Under the pieces are notes generated by a model. That model ran no database searches, was not told the origin of the DNA, and was given only the letters and a program-made list of their open reading frames with translations. Shown here one piece after another: positions 11,201 to 21,425 of a stretch of 64,000 nucleotides of DNA. Made by a program: the position numbers and the translations under genes. Where the stretch lies: assembly GCF_055900595.2 (NCBI RefSeq), contig NZ_CM148325.1; one strand, given 5' to 3'. Each line of letters starts with the position of its first letter. Positions within the stretch are counted from its first letter, which is position 1.

Positions 11201-11792
11201 GAGTTTGACGGAAAACGTCAACATTCTGGTGCTGGATACGCAATGCTATTCCAACACCGGTGGTCAGGCGTCGAAAGCGACACCGCTGGGTGCAGTAACT
11301 AAATTTGGCGAGCACGGCAAACGTAAAGCGCGTAAAGATCTTGGCGTCAGTATGATGATGTACGGTCATGTTTATGTGGCGCAAATTTCTCTCGGCGCGC
11401 AGCTCAACCAGACAGTGAAAGCGATTCAGGAAGCAGAAGCGTATCCGGGACCATCGCTGATCATCGCTTATAGCCCGTGTGAAGAGCATGGTTACGATCT
11501 GGCACTCAGTCACGACCAGATGCGCCAACTCACTGCCACCGGCTTCTGGCCGCTATATCGCTTCGATCCACGTCGAGCCGATGAAGGCAAACTGCCGCTG
11601 GCGCTGGATTCACGCCCGCCGTCAGAAGCACTGGAAGAAACGTTACTTCACGAGCAGCGTTTCCGTCGTCTGAATTCGCAGCAGCCAGAAGTGGCAGAAC
11701 AGTTATGGAAAGATGCCGCAGCTGATTTGCAAAAACGCTATGACTTCCTGGCACAAATGGCCGGAAAAGCGGAAAAAAGCAACACCGATTAA
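8268..11792 (+). CDS. pfo: Pyruvate:flavodoxin/ferredoxin oxidoreductase
   Basis: 1174-aa ORF; two 4Fe-4S ferredoxin CxxCxxCxxxCP motifs (CTQCNHCVAACP, CTGCNLCVEVCP) and TPP-binding region. Confidence 0.95.
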   Translation: MITIDGNGAVASVAFRTSEVIAIYPITPSSTMAEQADAWAGNGLKNVWGDTPRVVEMQSEAGAIATVHGALQTGALSTSFTSSQGLLLMIPTLYKLAGELTPFVLHVAARTVATHALSIFGDHSDVMAVRQTGCAMLCAANVQEAQDFALISHIATLKSRVPFIHFFDGFRTSHEINKIVPLADDTILELMPQAEIDAHRARALNPEHPVIRGTSANPDTYFQSREATNPWYNAVYDHVEQAMNDFAAATGRQYQPFEYYGHPQAERVIILMGSAIGTCEEVVDELLTRGEKVGVLKVRLYRPFSAKHLLQALPDSVRTVAVLDRTKEPGAQAEPLYLDVMTALAEAFNNGERETLPRVIGGRYGLSSKEFGPDCVLAVFAELNAAKPKARFTVGIYDDVTNLSLPLPENTLPNSAKLEALFYGLGSDGSVSATKNNIKIIGNSTPWYAQGYFVYDSKKAGGLTVSHLRVSEQPIRSAYLISQADFVGCHQLQFIDKYQMAERLKPGGIFLLNTPYSADEVWSRLPQEVQAVLNQKKARFYVINAAKIARECGLAARINTVMQMAFFHLTQILPGDSALAELQGAIAKSYSSKGQDLVERNWQALALARESVEEVPLQPVNPHSANRPPVVSDAAPDFVKTVTAAMLAGLGDALPVSALPPDGTWPMGTTRWEKRNIAEEIPIWKEELCTQCNHCVAACPHSAIRAKVVPPEAMENAPASLHSLDVKSRDMRGQKYVLQVAPEDCTGCNLCVEVCPAKDRQDPEIKAINMMSRLEHVEEEKINYDFFLNLPEIDRSKLERIDIRTSQLITPLFEYSGACSGCGETPYIKLLTQLYGDRMLIANATGCSSIYGGNLPSTPYTTDANGRGPAWANSLFEDNAEFGLGFRLTVDQHRVRVLRLLDQFADKIPAELLTALKSDATPEVRREQVAALRQQLNDVAEAHELLRDADALVEKSIWLIGGDGWAYDIGFGGLDHVLSLTENVNILVLDTQCYSNTGGQASKATPLGAVTKFGEHGKRKARKDLGVSMMMYGHVYVAQISLGAQLNQTVKAIQEAEAYPGPSLIIAYSPCEEHGYDLALSHDQMRQLTATGFWPLYRFDPRRADEGKLPLALDSRPPSEALEETLLHEQRFRRLNSQQPEVAEQLWKDAAADLQKRYDFLAQMAGKAEKSNTD

Positions 11793-11820
11793 ATGCTCTG
11801 GATAAGGATAATCCAATTCT

Positions 11821-11930
11821 AAAAAAAAGCCCGGACGACTGTTCGGGCTTGTCTTTTTATATGTTGGAAAATCAGTGGCAATGCAATGGCCCAACAGAAA
11901 ATAAAATCTGTGACAATAAAGGCATATAAC
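11821..11930 (-). ncRNA. micC: MicC sRNA (represses ompC)
   Basis: Reverse complement of 11821..11930 reads GTTATATGCCTTTATTGTCACAGATTTTATTTTCTGTTGGGCCATTGCATTGCCACTGATTTTCCAACATATAAAAAGACAAGCCCGAACAGTCGTCCGGGCTTTTTTTT, matching my recollection of MicC; ends in hairpin plus T8; lies between pfo and ompN. Confidence 0.85.
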
Positions 11931-12157
11931 CCGCGCAGAATAACGTATAGCAAATTAAAAGTATAATTTTTATTTTGTATGTATTATCTTCGATACATTC
12001 ACCAGGCTTATTATCATTTCAGAGGAATTATTTGATTAAGGTTTTACTTAAGGCGTAACAAATGATATTTATCGGCTAACTGAACTTCTCCTTTAGGATG
12101 TTTTCACTCCCCGAAATGGGGATAAAAGGCAAATAAAATAACTAAAGGATTTATTCA

Positions 12158-13291
12158 ATGAAAAGCAAAGTACTGGCACTTTTAATTCCTGCCCTGCTCG
12201 CCGCAGGTGCTGCACATGCAGCCGAAGTTTATAATAAAGACGGCAACAAATTTGATCTGTATGGCAAAGTTGATGGCCTGCATTATTTTTCTGATAATTC
12301 AGCGAAAGATGGCGACCAGAGCTATGCGCGTCTGGGTTTTAAAGGCGAAACCCAAATTAACGATCAACTTACTGGCTACGGTCAATGGGAATACAATATT
12401 CAGGCAAACAACACTGAATCTTCAAAAAACCAGTCATGGACCCGTCTGGCATTTGCCGGACTGAAATTTGCAGATTACGGTTCTTTCGATTACGGACGTA
12501 ATTATGGCGTAATGTACGACATCGAAGGCTGGACCGATATGCTGCCTGAATTTGGCGGTGACTCTTATACCAATGCAGACAACTTTATGACTGGTCGTGC
12601 CAATGGCGTCGCGACTTATCGTAACACTGATTTCTTCGGTCTGGTAAATGGTCTGAACTTCGCGGTGCAGTATCAAGGTAACAACGAAGGAGCCAGTAAT
12701 GGTCAGGAAGGCACCAACAACGGACGTGATGTTCGCCATGAAAACGGTGACGGCTGGGGTCTTTCCACAACATATGATTTAGGCATGGGCTTTAGCGCTG
12801 GTGCGGCATACACCTCTTCTGACCGCACCAATGACCAGGTTAACCATACTGCGGCTGGTGGTGATAAAGCAGACGCGTGGACTGCTGGGCTAAAATACGA
12901 TGCTAACAATATTTACCTGGCAACCATGTATTCAGAAACGCGTAATATGACCCCGTTTGGCGACAGCGATTATGCTGTTGCAAACAAAACCCAGAACTTT
13001 GAAGTCACTGCACAGTACCAGTTTGATTTTGGTCTGCGTCCGGCAGTCTCTTTCCTGATGTCTAAAGGCCGTGACCTGCACGCTGCCGGTGGTGCAGACA
13101 ACCCGGCAGGTGTTGATGATAAAGATCTGGTAAAATACGCCGATGTTGGCGCGACTTACTATTTCAACAAAAATATGTCCACCTACGTTGACTATAAAAT
13201 CAACCTGTTGGATGAAGATGACAGCTTCTACGCTGCCAACGGCATCTCTACCGATGATATTGTCGCTTTAGGTCTGGTTTATCAGTTCTAA
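12158..13291 (+). CDS. ompN: Outer membrane porin OmpN
   Basis: 377-aa ORF with signal peptide [21 protein letters not shown] and C-terminal ...LVYQF typical of general porins. Confidence 0.9.
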   Translation: MKSKVLALLIPALLAAGAAHAAEVYNKDGNKFDLYGKVDGLHYFSDNSAKDGDQSYARLGFKGETQINDQLTGYGQWEYNIQANNTESSKNQSWTRLAFAGLKFADYGSFDYGRNYGVMYDIEGWTDMLPEFGGDSYTNADNFMTGRANGVATYRNTDFFGLVNGLNFAVQYQGNNEGASNGQEGTNNGRDVRHENGDGWGLSTTYDLGMGFSAGAAYTSSDRTNDQVNHTAAGGDKADAWTAGLKYDANNIYLATMYSETRNMTPFGDSDYAVANKTQNFEVTAQYQFDFGLRPAVSFLMSKGRDLHAAGGADNPAGVDDKDLVKYADVGATYYFNKNMSTYVDYKINLLDEDDSFYAANGISTDDIVALGLVYQF

Positions 13292-13299
13292 ATCCTCCT

Positions 13300-13323
13300 G
13301 CCCGCTGTTATGGCGGGCTTTTT
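13300..13323 (+). terminator. Intrinsic terminator after ompN
   Basis: Hairpin GCCCGC-tgttatg-GCGGGC followed by TTTTT. Confidence 0.6.
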
Positions 13324-13350
13324 CTGCTTATTCTTCCTCCTTTGATCTAA

Positions 13351-13866
<516 letters not shown>

Positions 13867-13873
13867 CACTAAC

Positions 13874-13898
13874 GCCCGCACATTGCTGCGGGCTTTTT
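13874..13898 (+). terminator. Intrinsic terminator after uspF
   Basis: Hairpin GCCCGCA-cattgc-TGCGGGC followed by TTTTT. Confidence 0.6.
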
Positions 13899-14041
13899 GA
13901 TTCATTTCGCAAATGTGCTGACATTTTCCCCTCTAATCCGTACCATACACGCCACAGTTTTTATATCAGATTTCTTATGCTGGGCGTTCCGGCATGACGC
14001 ATACTCTTCTGATGCCATATAACGAATTGAGTCGCTTTTAA

Positions 14042-14977
14042 ATGTCGCAAAATCAAGAAATTAGTAAGAAAGAACAATACAACCTGAACAAATTACAAAA
14101 ACGTCTGCGTCGTAACGTGGGCGAAGCCATTGCTGACTTCAATATGATTGAAGAAGGCGATCGCATCATGGTTTGCCTCTCCGGGGGTAAAGACAGCTAT
14201 ACCATGCTGGAGATTCTGCGCAATTTGCAGCAAAGCGCTCCAATCAATTTTTCGCTGGTGGCTGTTAACCTCGATCAAAAGCAACCGGGCTTCCCGGAAC
14301 ACGTTCTGCCCGAGTATCTTGAAAAGCTGGGCATTGAGTACAAGATTGTGGAAGAGAACACTTACGGTATCGTGAAAGAGAAGATTCCGGAGGGCAAAAC
14401 CACTTGCTCACTGTGTTCTCGTCTTCGTCGCGGAATTCTTTACCGTACCGCAACGGAACTGGGAGCGACGAAGATCGCGCTGGGTCACCATCGTGACGAT
14501 ATCCTGCAAACGCTGTTCTTAAATATGTTCTATGGCGGCAAGATGAAAGGTATGCCACCGAAACTGATGAGCGATGATGGCAAACATATTGTGATTCGTC
14601 CGCTGGCCTACTGTCGCGAGAAAGATATTCAACGCTTTGCCGATGCAAAAGCGTTCCCGATTATTCCGTGCAACCTGTGCGGTTCACAGCCTAACCTGCA
14701 ACGTCAGGTGATTGCTGACATGTTGCGTGACTGGGATAAACGTTATCCGGGGCGTATCGAGACGATGTTCAGCGCGATGCAGAATGTGGTGCCGTCGCAT
14801 CTGTGCGATACCAACCTGTTCGATTTCAAAGGCATTACCCACGGTTCTGAAGTGGTTAACGGGGGTGATCTGGCGTTTGATCGCGAAGAGATCCCTCTAC
14901 AACCGGCGGGTTGGCAGCCTGAAGAAGATGAAAATCAGTTGGATGAGTTACGACTGAATGTGGTTGAAGTGAAATAA
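14042..14977 (+). CDS. ttcA: tRNA 2-thiocytidine(32) synthetase TtcA
   Basis: 311-aa ORF with PP-loop SGGKDS and conserved Cys motifs ([16 protein letters not shown]). Confidence 0.9.
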   Translation: MSQNQEISKKEQYNLNKLQKRLRRNVGEAIADFNMIEEGDRIMVCLSGGKDSYTMLEILRNLQQSAPINFSLVAVNLDQKQPGFPEHVLPEYLEKLGIEYKIVEENTYGIVKEKIPEGKTTCSLCSRLRRGILYRTATELGATKIALGHHRDDILQTLFLNMFYGGKMKGMPPKLMSDDGKHIVIRPLAYCREKDIQRFADAKAFPIIPCNLCGSQPNLQRQVIADMLRDWDKRYPGRIETMFSAMQNVVPSHLCDTNLFDFKGITHGSEVVNGGDLAFDREEIPLQPAGWQPEEDENQLDELRLNVVEVK

Positions 14978-15060
14978 CCCGGATAGCGCCCGATGCGCAA
15001 GCTTATCGGGCTACTCTTATGGAGGCCGGATAAGACGCGGCCAGCGTCGCATCCGGCAAT
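14978..15060. repeat. REP (repetitive extragenic palindrome) cluster
   Basis: GCCGGATAAGACGCGGCCAGCGTCGCATCCGGC and a second imperfect copy between convergent ttcA and dbpA. Confidence 0.55.
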
Positions 15061-15105
15061 CCCGAAGAAGATGTTTACTCTTGCACCCTGCGATTCAACA
15101 TTTCA

Positions 15106-16479
15106 TTATTTTAATAACCGCACCCGGCACGTTTTTCCTTTAATCTTCCCGCCCTGTAACTGTTTCCATGCTTTATGAGCAACAGCCTGACGCACCGCAA
15201 CATAGACATGCGCCGGATGCACGGCGATTTTGCCAATATCTGCGCCATCAAGCCCGATATCTCCTGTCAGCGCACCTAATACATCACCCGGGCGCATTTT
15301 GGCTTTTTTCCCGCCATCGATACACAACGTTGCCATTTCTGCTTCCAGCGGCACAATGGAACTATTAACTGGCGGCGTTTGCCAGTTAAGTTTTATCTGC
15401 AACATGTCAGAAATGATATTGGCCCGCTGTGCTTCTTCCGGGGCACAGAAACTGATCGCCAGACCGCTATTTCCTGCACGCGCTGTACGACCGATGCGAT
15501 GTACATGAACTTCAGGATCCCACGCCAGTTCAAAGTTCACTACCAGCTCAAGCGATTTAATATCAAGACCACGCGCAGCAACATCCGTCGCGACCAGCAC
15601 ACGAGCGCTACCGTTAGCAAAACGTACCAGGGTCTGATCGCGGTCACGTTGCTCCAGATCGCCATGTAACGACAATGCACTTTGCCCTATGTCATTCAGC
15701 GCGTCGCAGACAGCCTGACAATCTTTTTTGGTATTGCAAAACACCACGCAAGAGGATGGCTGATGCAAACTTAATAACCGTTGCAACAGCGGAATTTTGC
15801 CTTTGCTGGATGTCTCATAAAATTGTTGTTCAATGGGAGGCAGAGCATCTGTTGAGTCAATTTCAATCGCCAATGGATCGCGTTGAACTCGTCCGCTGAT
15901 TGCGGTGATGGCTTCCGGCCAGGTTGCCGAAAACAGAAGCGTCTGTCGAGATGCTGGCGCAAAACGGATAACATCATCAATGGCATCGCTAAATCCCATA
16001 TCCAGCATGCGATCGGCTTCATCCATCACCAGCATATTCAACGCATCCAGTGATACCGTGCCTTTTTGCAGATGGTCCAGCAAACGACCTGGGGTTGCCA
16101 CGATAATATGCGGCGCATGTTGCAACGAATCACGCTGCATACCGAACGGTTGACCACCGCACAAAGTCAAAATTTTGGTATTTGGCAGAAAACGCGCCAG
16201 CCGACGCAATTCACCTGCCACCTGATCCGCCAGTTCACGCGTAGGACACAGCACTAAAGCCTGGGTCTGAAATAGCGACGCATCAATTTTCTGTAGCAGC
16301 CCGAGGCCAAAAGCCGCCGTTTTGCCGCTGCCGGTTTTCGCCTGCACGCGAACATCTTTTCCGGCAAGGATCGCCGGAAGCGCGGCGGCCTGCACCGGCG
16401 TCATAGTTAAATAACCCAACTCATTAAGGTTCGTGAGTTGGGCGGGAGGCAAAACATTCAGGGTAGAAAAAGCGGTCAC
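15106..16479 (-). CDS. dbpA: ATP-dependent RNA helicase DbpA (DEAD-box)
   Basis: 457-aa ORF with Walker A GSGKT, DEAD box (VMDEADRM), SAT and HRIGRTAR motifs. Confidence 0.9.
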   Translation of the reverse strand: MTAFSTLNVLPPAQLTNLNELGYLTMTPVQAAALPAILAGKDVRVQAKTGSGKTAAFGLGLLQKIDASLFQTQALVLCPTRELADQVAGELRRLARFLPNTKILTLCGGQPFGMQRDSLQHAPHIIVATPGRLLDHLQKGTVSLDALNMLVMDEADRMLDMGFSDAIDDVIRFAPASRQTLLFSATWPEAITAISGRVQRDPLAIEIDSTDALPPIEQQFYETSSKGKIPLLQRLLSLHQPSSCVVFCNTKKDCQAVCDALNDIGQSALSLHGDLEQRDRDQTLVRFANGSARVLVATDVAARGLDIKSLELVVNFELAWDPEVHVHRIGRTARAGNSGLAISFCAPEEAQRANIISDMLQIKLNWQTPPVNSSIVPLEAEMATLCIDGGKKAKMRPGDVLGALTGDIGLDGADIGKIAVHPAHVYVAVRQAVAHKAWKQLQGGKIKGKTCRVRLLK

Positions 16480-16509
16480 AATCTGTTCTCGTGGTCATCG
16501 ACGCAAAAA

Positions 16510-16683
16510 TTAGCAAGCGCGTATCCTCGCAGATCTACGCTCACGATGCGACAATTTAATCGGTTCTTCATCGGGTGGTGGGTCAGGCATGGGTTGCGGG
16601 CGAGGGATTGGATCGGGCACTGGAACAGGATCGCCAGGAATCGGTTCAGGGACAGGAATTTGCAAATAAATGAGTGTCGTCAT
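16510..16683 (-). CDS. Candidate small proline-rich protein (57 aa), unannotated
   Basis: Own translation: MTTLIYLQIPVPEPIPGDPVPVPDPIPRPQPMPDPPPDEEPIKLSHRERRSARIRAC; ATG at 16683..16681 preceded by GGAGGG with 4-nt spacer; stop TAA 16512..16510; below the 60-aa track cutoff. Confidence 0.35.
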   Translation of the reverse strand: MTTLIYLQIPVPEPIPGDPVPVPDPIPRPQPMPDPPPDEEPIKLSHRERRSARIRAC

Positions 16684-16740
16684 ATTTCCCTCCGGTCATT
16701 GGGTGGACTCTTAAAGGGTAGACGCTGATATATAACAGGC

Positions 16741-16862
16741 AAAAAAAAGCCGACTCATCAAAGTCGGCGTCGTACGAATCAATTGTGCTATGCAGTAATT
16801 CAAAAAAGGAAGTAAGACAATATGGAGCGCAACGCCCATCGCTTGACGTTGCATTCACCTGC
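16741..16862 (-). ncRNA. fnrS: FnrS sRNA (FNR-activated)
   Basis: Reverse complement begins GCAGGTGAATGCAACGTCAAGCGATGGGCGTTGCGCTCCATATTGTCTTACTTCC and ends in hairpin GCCGACTTTGATGAGTCGGC plus T8, matching my recollection of FnrS; lies between zntB and dbpA. Confidence 0.85.
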
Positions 16863-16897
16863 GAGAGAGATATTGCCCTGAATGGGTAGAGAGTTTA

Positions 16898-16911
16898 TTG
16901 ACTTCGCTCAA
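16898..16911 (-). promoter_or_regulatory. Putative FNR box upstream of fnrS
   Basis: Minus strand reads TTGAG-cgaa-GTCAA (consensus TTGAT-N4-ATCAA), about 40 nt upstream of the inferred fnrS 5' end. Confidence 0.55.
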
Positions 16912-16957
16912 ACTTTGCGGCGTTTTTGTATACAGATAGTAGGGAAAATTGCTGTTG

Positions 16958-17962
<1,005 letters not shown>

Positions 17963-18195
17963 TTATTTTGTAGTCTAGCCTTCTGGCCCTGTTACGCAAC
18001 ATCTCATCACCCCATTACCCTGAAATGATTAATAAAATTCTGTCTAAATTGAATACAAAAAGCAAAATGCTTTTCCATATACAAACCGTGTGAAGTGTTA
18101 AATAGCGTCTATCATTATCAGAATTATCTGATCATATGACGTGGCTTTTTTGCGATCGGATAGCAACAAAAATTGATAAAAATAACGGGATCTCA

Positions 18196-19428
18196 ATGAT
18201 TACGCACAACTTCAATACCCTGGACTTACTCACCAGTCCTGTCTGGATCGTTTCGCCCTTTGAGGAACAGTTAATTTATGCCAACAGCGCGGCGCGACTG
18301 TTGATGCAAGACCTCACGTTTAGTCAGCTACGAACCGGTCCCTATTCCGTCTCCTCACAAAAAGAACTACCGAAATACCTCTCCGATCTGCAAAACCAAC
18401 ACGATATTATCGAAATCCTCACCGTTCAACGTAAAGAAGAGGAAACAGCATTAAGCTGTCGGCTTGTTTTGCGAGAGCTGACAGAAGCAGAACCGGTGAT
18501 TATTTTCGAAGGCATCGAAGCGCCGGCAACGCTGGGTTTAAAAGCCAGTCGCTCGGCAAATTATCAGCGCAAAAAACAAGGTTTTTATGCGCGCTTTTTT
18601 CTGACTAACTCTGCACCAATGTTGTTGATTGACCCCTCACGAGATGGCCAAATCGTCGATGCTAACCTCGCCGCGCTCAATTTCTATGGTTATAACCATG
18701 AAACGATGTGCCAGAAACATACCTGGGAAATTAATATGCTCGGGCGTCGCGTCATGCCTATCATGCATGAAATCTCGCATTTACCCGGTGGTCATAAGCC
18801 TTTGAATTTTGTTCATAAACTGGCGGATGGTTCGACTCGTCATGTGCAGACCTATGCTGGGCCGATTGAAATTTATGGCGACAAGCTCATGTTATGTATT
18901 GTGCATGATATTACTGAGCAAAAACGGCTGGAGGAGCAGTTGGAACATGCTGCCCACCATGACGCGATGACCGGATTACTGAATCGGCGCCAGTTTTATC
19001 ACATTACCGAGCCAGGCCAAATGCAGCACCTCGCCATCGCTCAGGATTACAGCTTATTGCTCATCGACACCGATCGTTTTAAACACATTAACGATCTCTA
19101 TGGGCATTCTAAAGGTGATGAGGTGTTATGCGCCCTCGCCCGCACTCTCGAAAGTTGCGCTCGCAAAGGCGATTTGGTGTTTCGTTGGGGAGGCGAAGAG
19201 TTTGTCTTATTGCTACCAAGAACCCCACTGGATACCGCGCTTTCGCTGGCTGAAACTATCCGCGTAAGCGTGACAAAAGTGAGTATTTCGGGCTTACCAC
19301 GCTTTACCGTCAGCATTGGTGTGGCGCATCACGAAGGAAATGAAAGCATCGATGAACTGTTTAAACGCGTTGATGATGCTTTGTATCGGGCGAAAAATGA
19401 TGGACGCAACCGCGTGCTGGCGGCATAA
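18196..19428 (+). CDS. dgcM: Diguanylate cyclase DgcM (PAS-PAS-GGDEF)
   Basis: Track ORF 18136..19428; start moved to MITHNFNTLDLL (410 aa); GGEEF active site (RWGGEEF). Confidence 0.85.
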   Translation: MITHNFNTLDLLTSPVWIVSPFEEQLIYANSAARLLMQDLTFSQLRTGPYSVSSQKELPKYLSDLQNQHDIIEILTVQRKEEETALSCRLVLRELTEAEPVIIFEGIEAPATLGLKASRSANYQRKKQGFYARFFLTNSAPMLLIDPSRDGQIVDANLAALNFYGYNHETMCQKHTWEINMLGRRVMPIMHEISHLPGGHKPLNFVHKLADGSTRHVQTYAGPIEIYGDKLMLCIVHDITEQKRLEEQLEHAAHHDAMTGLLNRRQFYHITEPGQMQHLAIAQDYSLLLIDTDRFKHINDLYGHSKGDEVLCALARTLESCARKGDLVFRWGGEEFVLLLPRTPLDTALSLAETIRVSVTKVSISGLPRFTVSIGVAHHEGNESIDELFKRVDDALYRAKNDGRNRVLAA

Positions 19429-19448
19429 GCCGCGGATGCGTCTCGAGA

Positions 19449-20012
19449 TCAACGACTGCGCTTAGCGTGGCGCTCCCAGTTTTCTTGCTTTGCCTGCGCC
19501 GTTTTACGTAGTGCGACGTAACACGCCCCGCTGCCGCCATGATGCGGTAGCGCGGTACAATATGCCTGGACATCATCAAATTCGGTCAACCAGCACGCCA
19601 CATAGCTGCGGACAATATTGGCATGCGATTTATCTTCCCGCCCTTTACCATGAATAATCAGCACATTACGCAAACCATCCGCCAGGGCTTGTTGAATGAA
19701 ACTGAACACCATTTTGCGGCACTCTTCCACCGGCTGGCGCAAAAGATTCAGGCTCGCCTGTTGCGGATATTTACCACTGCGCAGCTTATCCAGCACCCCA
19801 TGTTGCAACCCTTCCCGCCGAAACTCCAGCAGCTGGCTTAGCGGGATGATGTCGAGAAATCCGGTGGTGAGGAAATTATCAAGTTGCAGCGTGTCGATAC
19901 GCTGCGGCGCACGTTGGTTACGCGTTGGATGCCAGTGGACATCTATAGCACGTTTCAGCGGCTGGACATCTTCCATGGCGTCAAGAAACAGCGATTTGTC
20001 GTCAAGGTTCAT
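19449..20012 (-). CDS. smrA: Smr-domain DNA endonuclease SmrA
   Basis: 187-aa ORF with Smr domain (LIIHGKGRE...). Confidence 0.85.
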   Translation of the reverse strand: MNLDDKSLFLDAMEDVQPLKRAIDVHWHPTRNQRAPQRIDTLQLDNFLTTGFLDIIPLSQLLEFRREGLQHGVLDKLRSGKYPQQASLNLLRQPVEECRKMVFSFIQQALADGLRNVLIIHGKGREDKSHANIVRSYVACWLTEFDDVQAYCTALPHHGGSGACYVALRKTAQAKQENWERHAKRSR

Positions 20013-20239
20013 GTTACATCCTCCCGCAATTAAGAGCGCGATATGATAACCAGACCGGGTCGGTCCAACAACGTATTACCCAAAATTCCAGTAATAAGTT
20101 CCAAATATTGCCGATATTTTAAGCAAAATGCTTATGCATGATTATTCATTCACGATATTAATAATGTAACTTATATTTTCGTGAAATCTGTCACTGAAGA
20201 AAATTGGCAACTAAAGGTTAAAACCGTTATAACACAGTC

Positions 20240-20333
20240 ACCGGCGCAGAGGAGACCATGCCGGATTTAAGACGCGGATGCACTGCTGTGTGTACTGTAG
20301 AGTCTGGCGGATGTCGACAGACTCTATTTTTTT
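20240..20333 (+). ncRNA. mcaS: McaS sRNA
   Basis: ACCGGCGCAGAGGAGACCATGCCGGATTTAAGACGCGGATGCACTGCTGTGTGTACTGTAGAGTCTGGCGGATGTCGACAGACTCTATTTTTTT matches my recollection of McaS; -35 TTGGCA (20204..20209) and -10 TATAAC (20228..20233) upstream; terminator hairpin plus T7. Confidence 0.8.
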
Positions 20334-20341
20334 ATGCAGTT

Positions 20342-21250
20342 TTAACTTTGCAGATAGCCGCATTCTCGCCGAAATTGCGTGATTAATGACGCGGTCAGTG
20401 GTGTCTGGCGACTATCACGCCGCTGAATCAAATAATAGGCCGCTTTCGGTAAAATTTCGCTAACCGGCAACATCACCAGCCCCTGTCCGTGCAAGGGATC
20501 GCAGCCCATTTCTTCAGGTAGTATGCTGAGAAAATCGCTTTTTGCCACCAGACTGATACAGGCTGAAAACGTCTCGCAGACTACGCCGACCTGTGGCGTT
20601 TGCGCCTGATCGTCAAGCAATTCACTCAACTGTTTGTAGTAGCTGCCGTGTGGCGTCGGCATTGTCCAGCTGTAGTCCAGTAACTGTTTGATCGAACGGG
20701 CACCAATGGCGGGATGTCCCGGGCGGCAAAAGATCGCGAATTGCTTTTCCAGTAATTTCTCAAAAGTAAATTCGTGGTCGTAGGGTCCCTGATAATAGGT
20801 ATTGATGGTGAAATCCAGTTCTCCCTGTCGCAATTCATTAATCATCGACACCAGTTGCCCTTCCATAATGCGTACTTTTACCTGCGGATGCTGCTGATGA
20901 AAACGAGATATGACAGCTGGCATCAGACTGCGGGAAATACTGGCCCCCATGCCGATATTAATTTGCCCTGCCAGTTGCCCTTGTCGTTGGCGAATATCCT
21001 CTTGCGCTGCGCGCAGCTCTTCAAGAATAAGACTGGCGTGCTGATAAAAACTTTCACCGGCATCAGTTAACGTCACGCCTTTACTACGGCGAAAAAAGAG
21101 TTGCGCCGCTAACCCTTCTTCCAGCTCCTGAATAGATTTACTCAGTGCCGGTTGCGACATATTCAACATGCGGCTCGCTCCGCGAATGCTGCCCTGACGA
21201 GCCACTTCAACAAAAGCCCGAATTTGATGAATTTTTACCTGAAAAGCCAT
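20342..21250 (-). CDS. abgR: LysR-type regulator AbgR
   Basis: 302-aa ORF with N-terminal HTH (LNMSQPALSKSIQELE); divergent from abgA. Confidence 0.9.
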   Translation of the reverse strand: MAFQVKIHQIRAFVEVARQGSIRGASRMLNMSQPALSKSIQELEEGLAAQLFFRRSKGVTLTDAGESFYQHASLILEELRAAQEDIRQRQGQLAGQINIGMGASISRSLMPAVISRFHQQHPQVKVRIMEGQLVSMINELRQGELDFTINTYYQGPYDHEFTFEKLLEKQFAIFCRPGHPAIGARSIKQLLDYSWTMPTPHGSYYKQLSELLDDQAQTPQVGVVCETFSACISLVAKSDFLSILPEEMGCDPLHGQGLVMLPVSEILPKAAYYLIQRRDSRQTPLTASLITQFRRECGYLQS

Positions 21251-21425
21251 GACGCCACCGATAACCGTTATTTATCAGACCAAAGAAACTGGCATCTACT
21301 TTAATGCAGATGATTGTGTCAGGGTAATTTATGAACGGTTAAAACTGTGAAAAATCAGTTAGTGATAAGTAAAAACTATCGCTACGTGAACCGGGTCACA
21401 CTTTTTACTGATGACGGGAAAGGTT

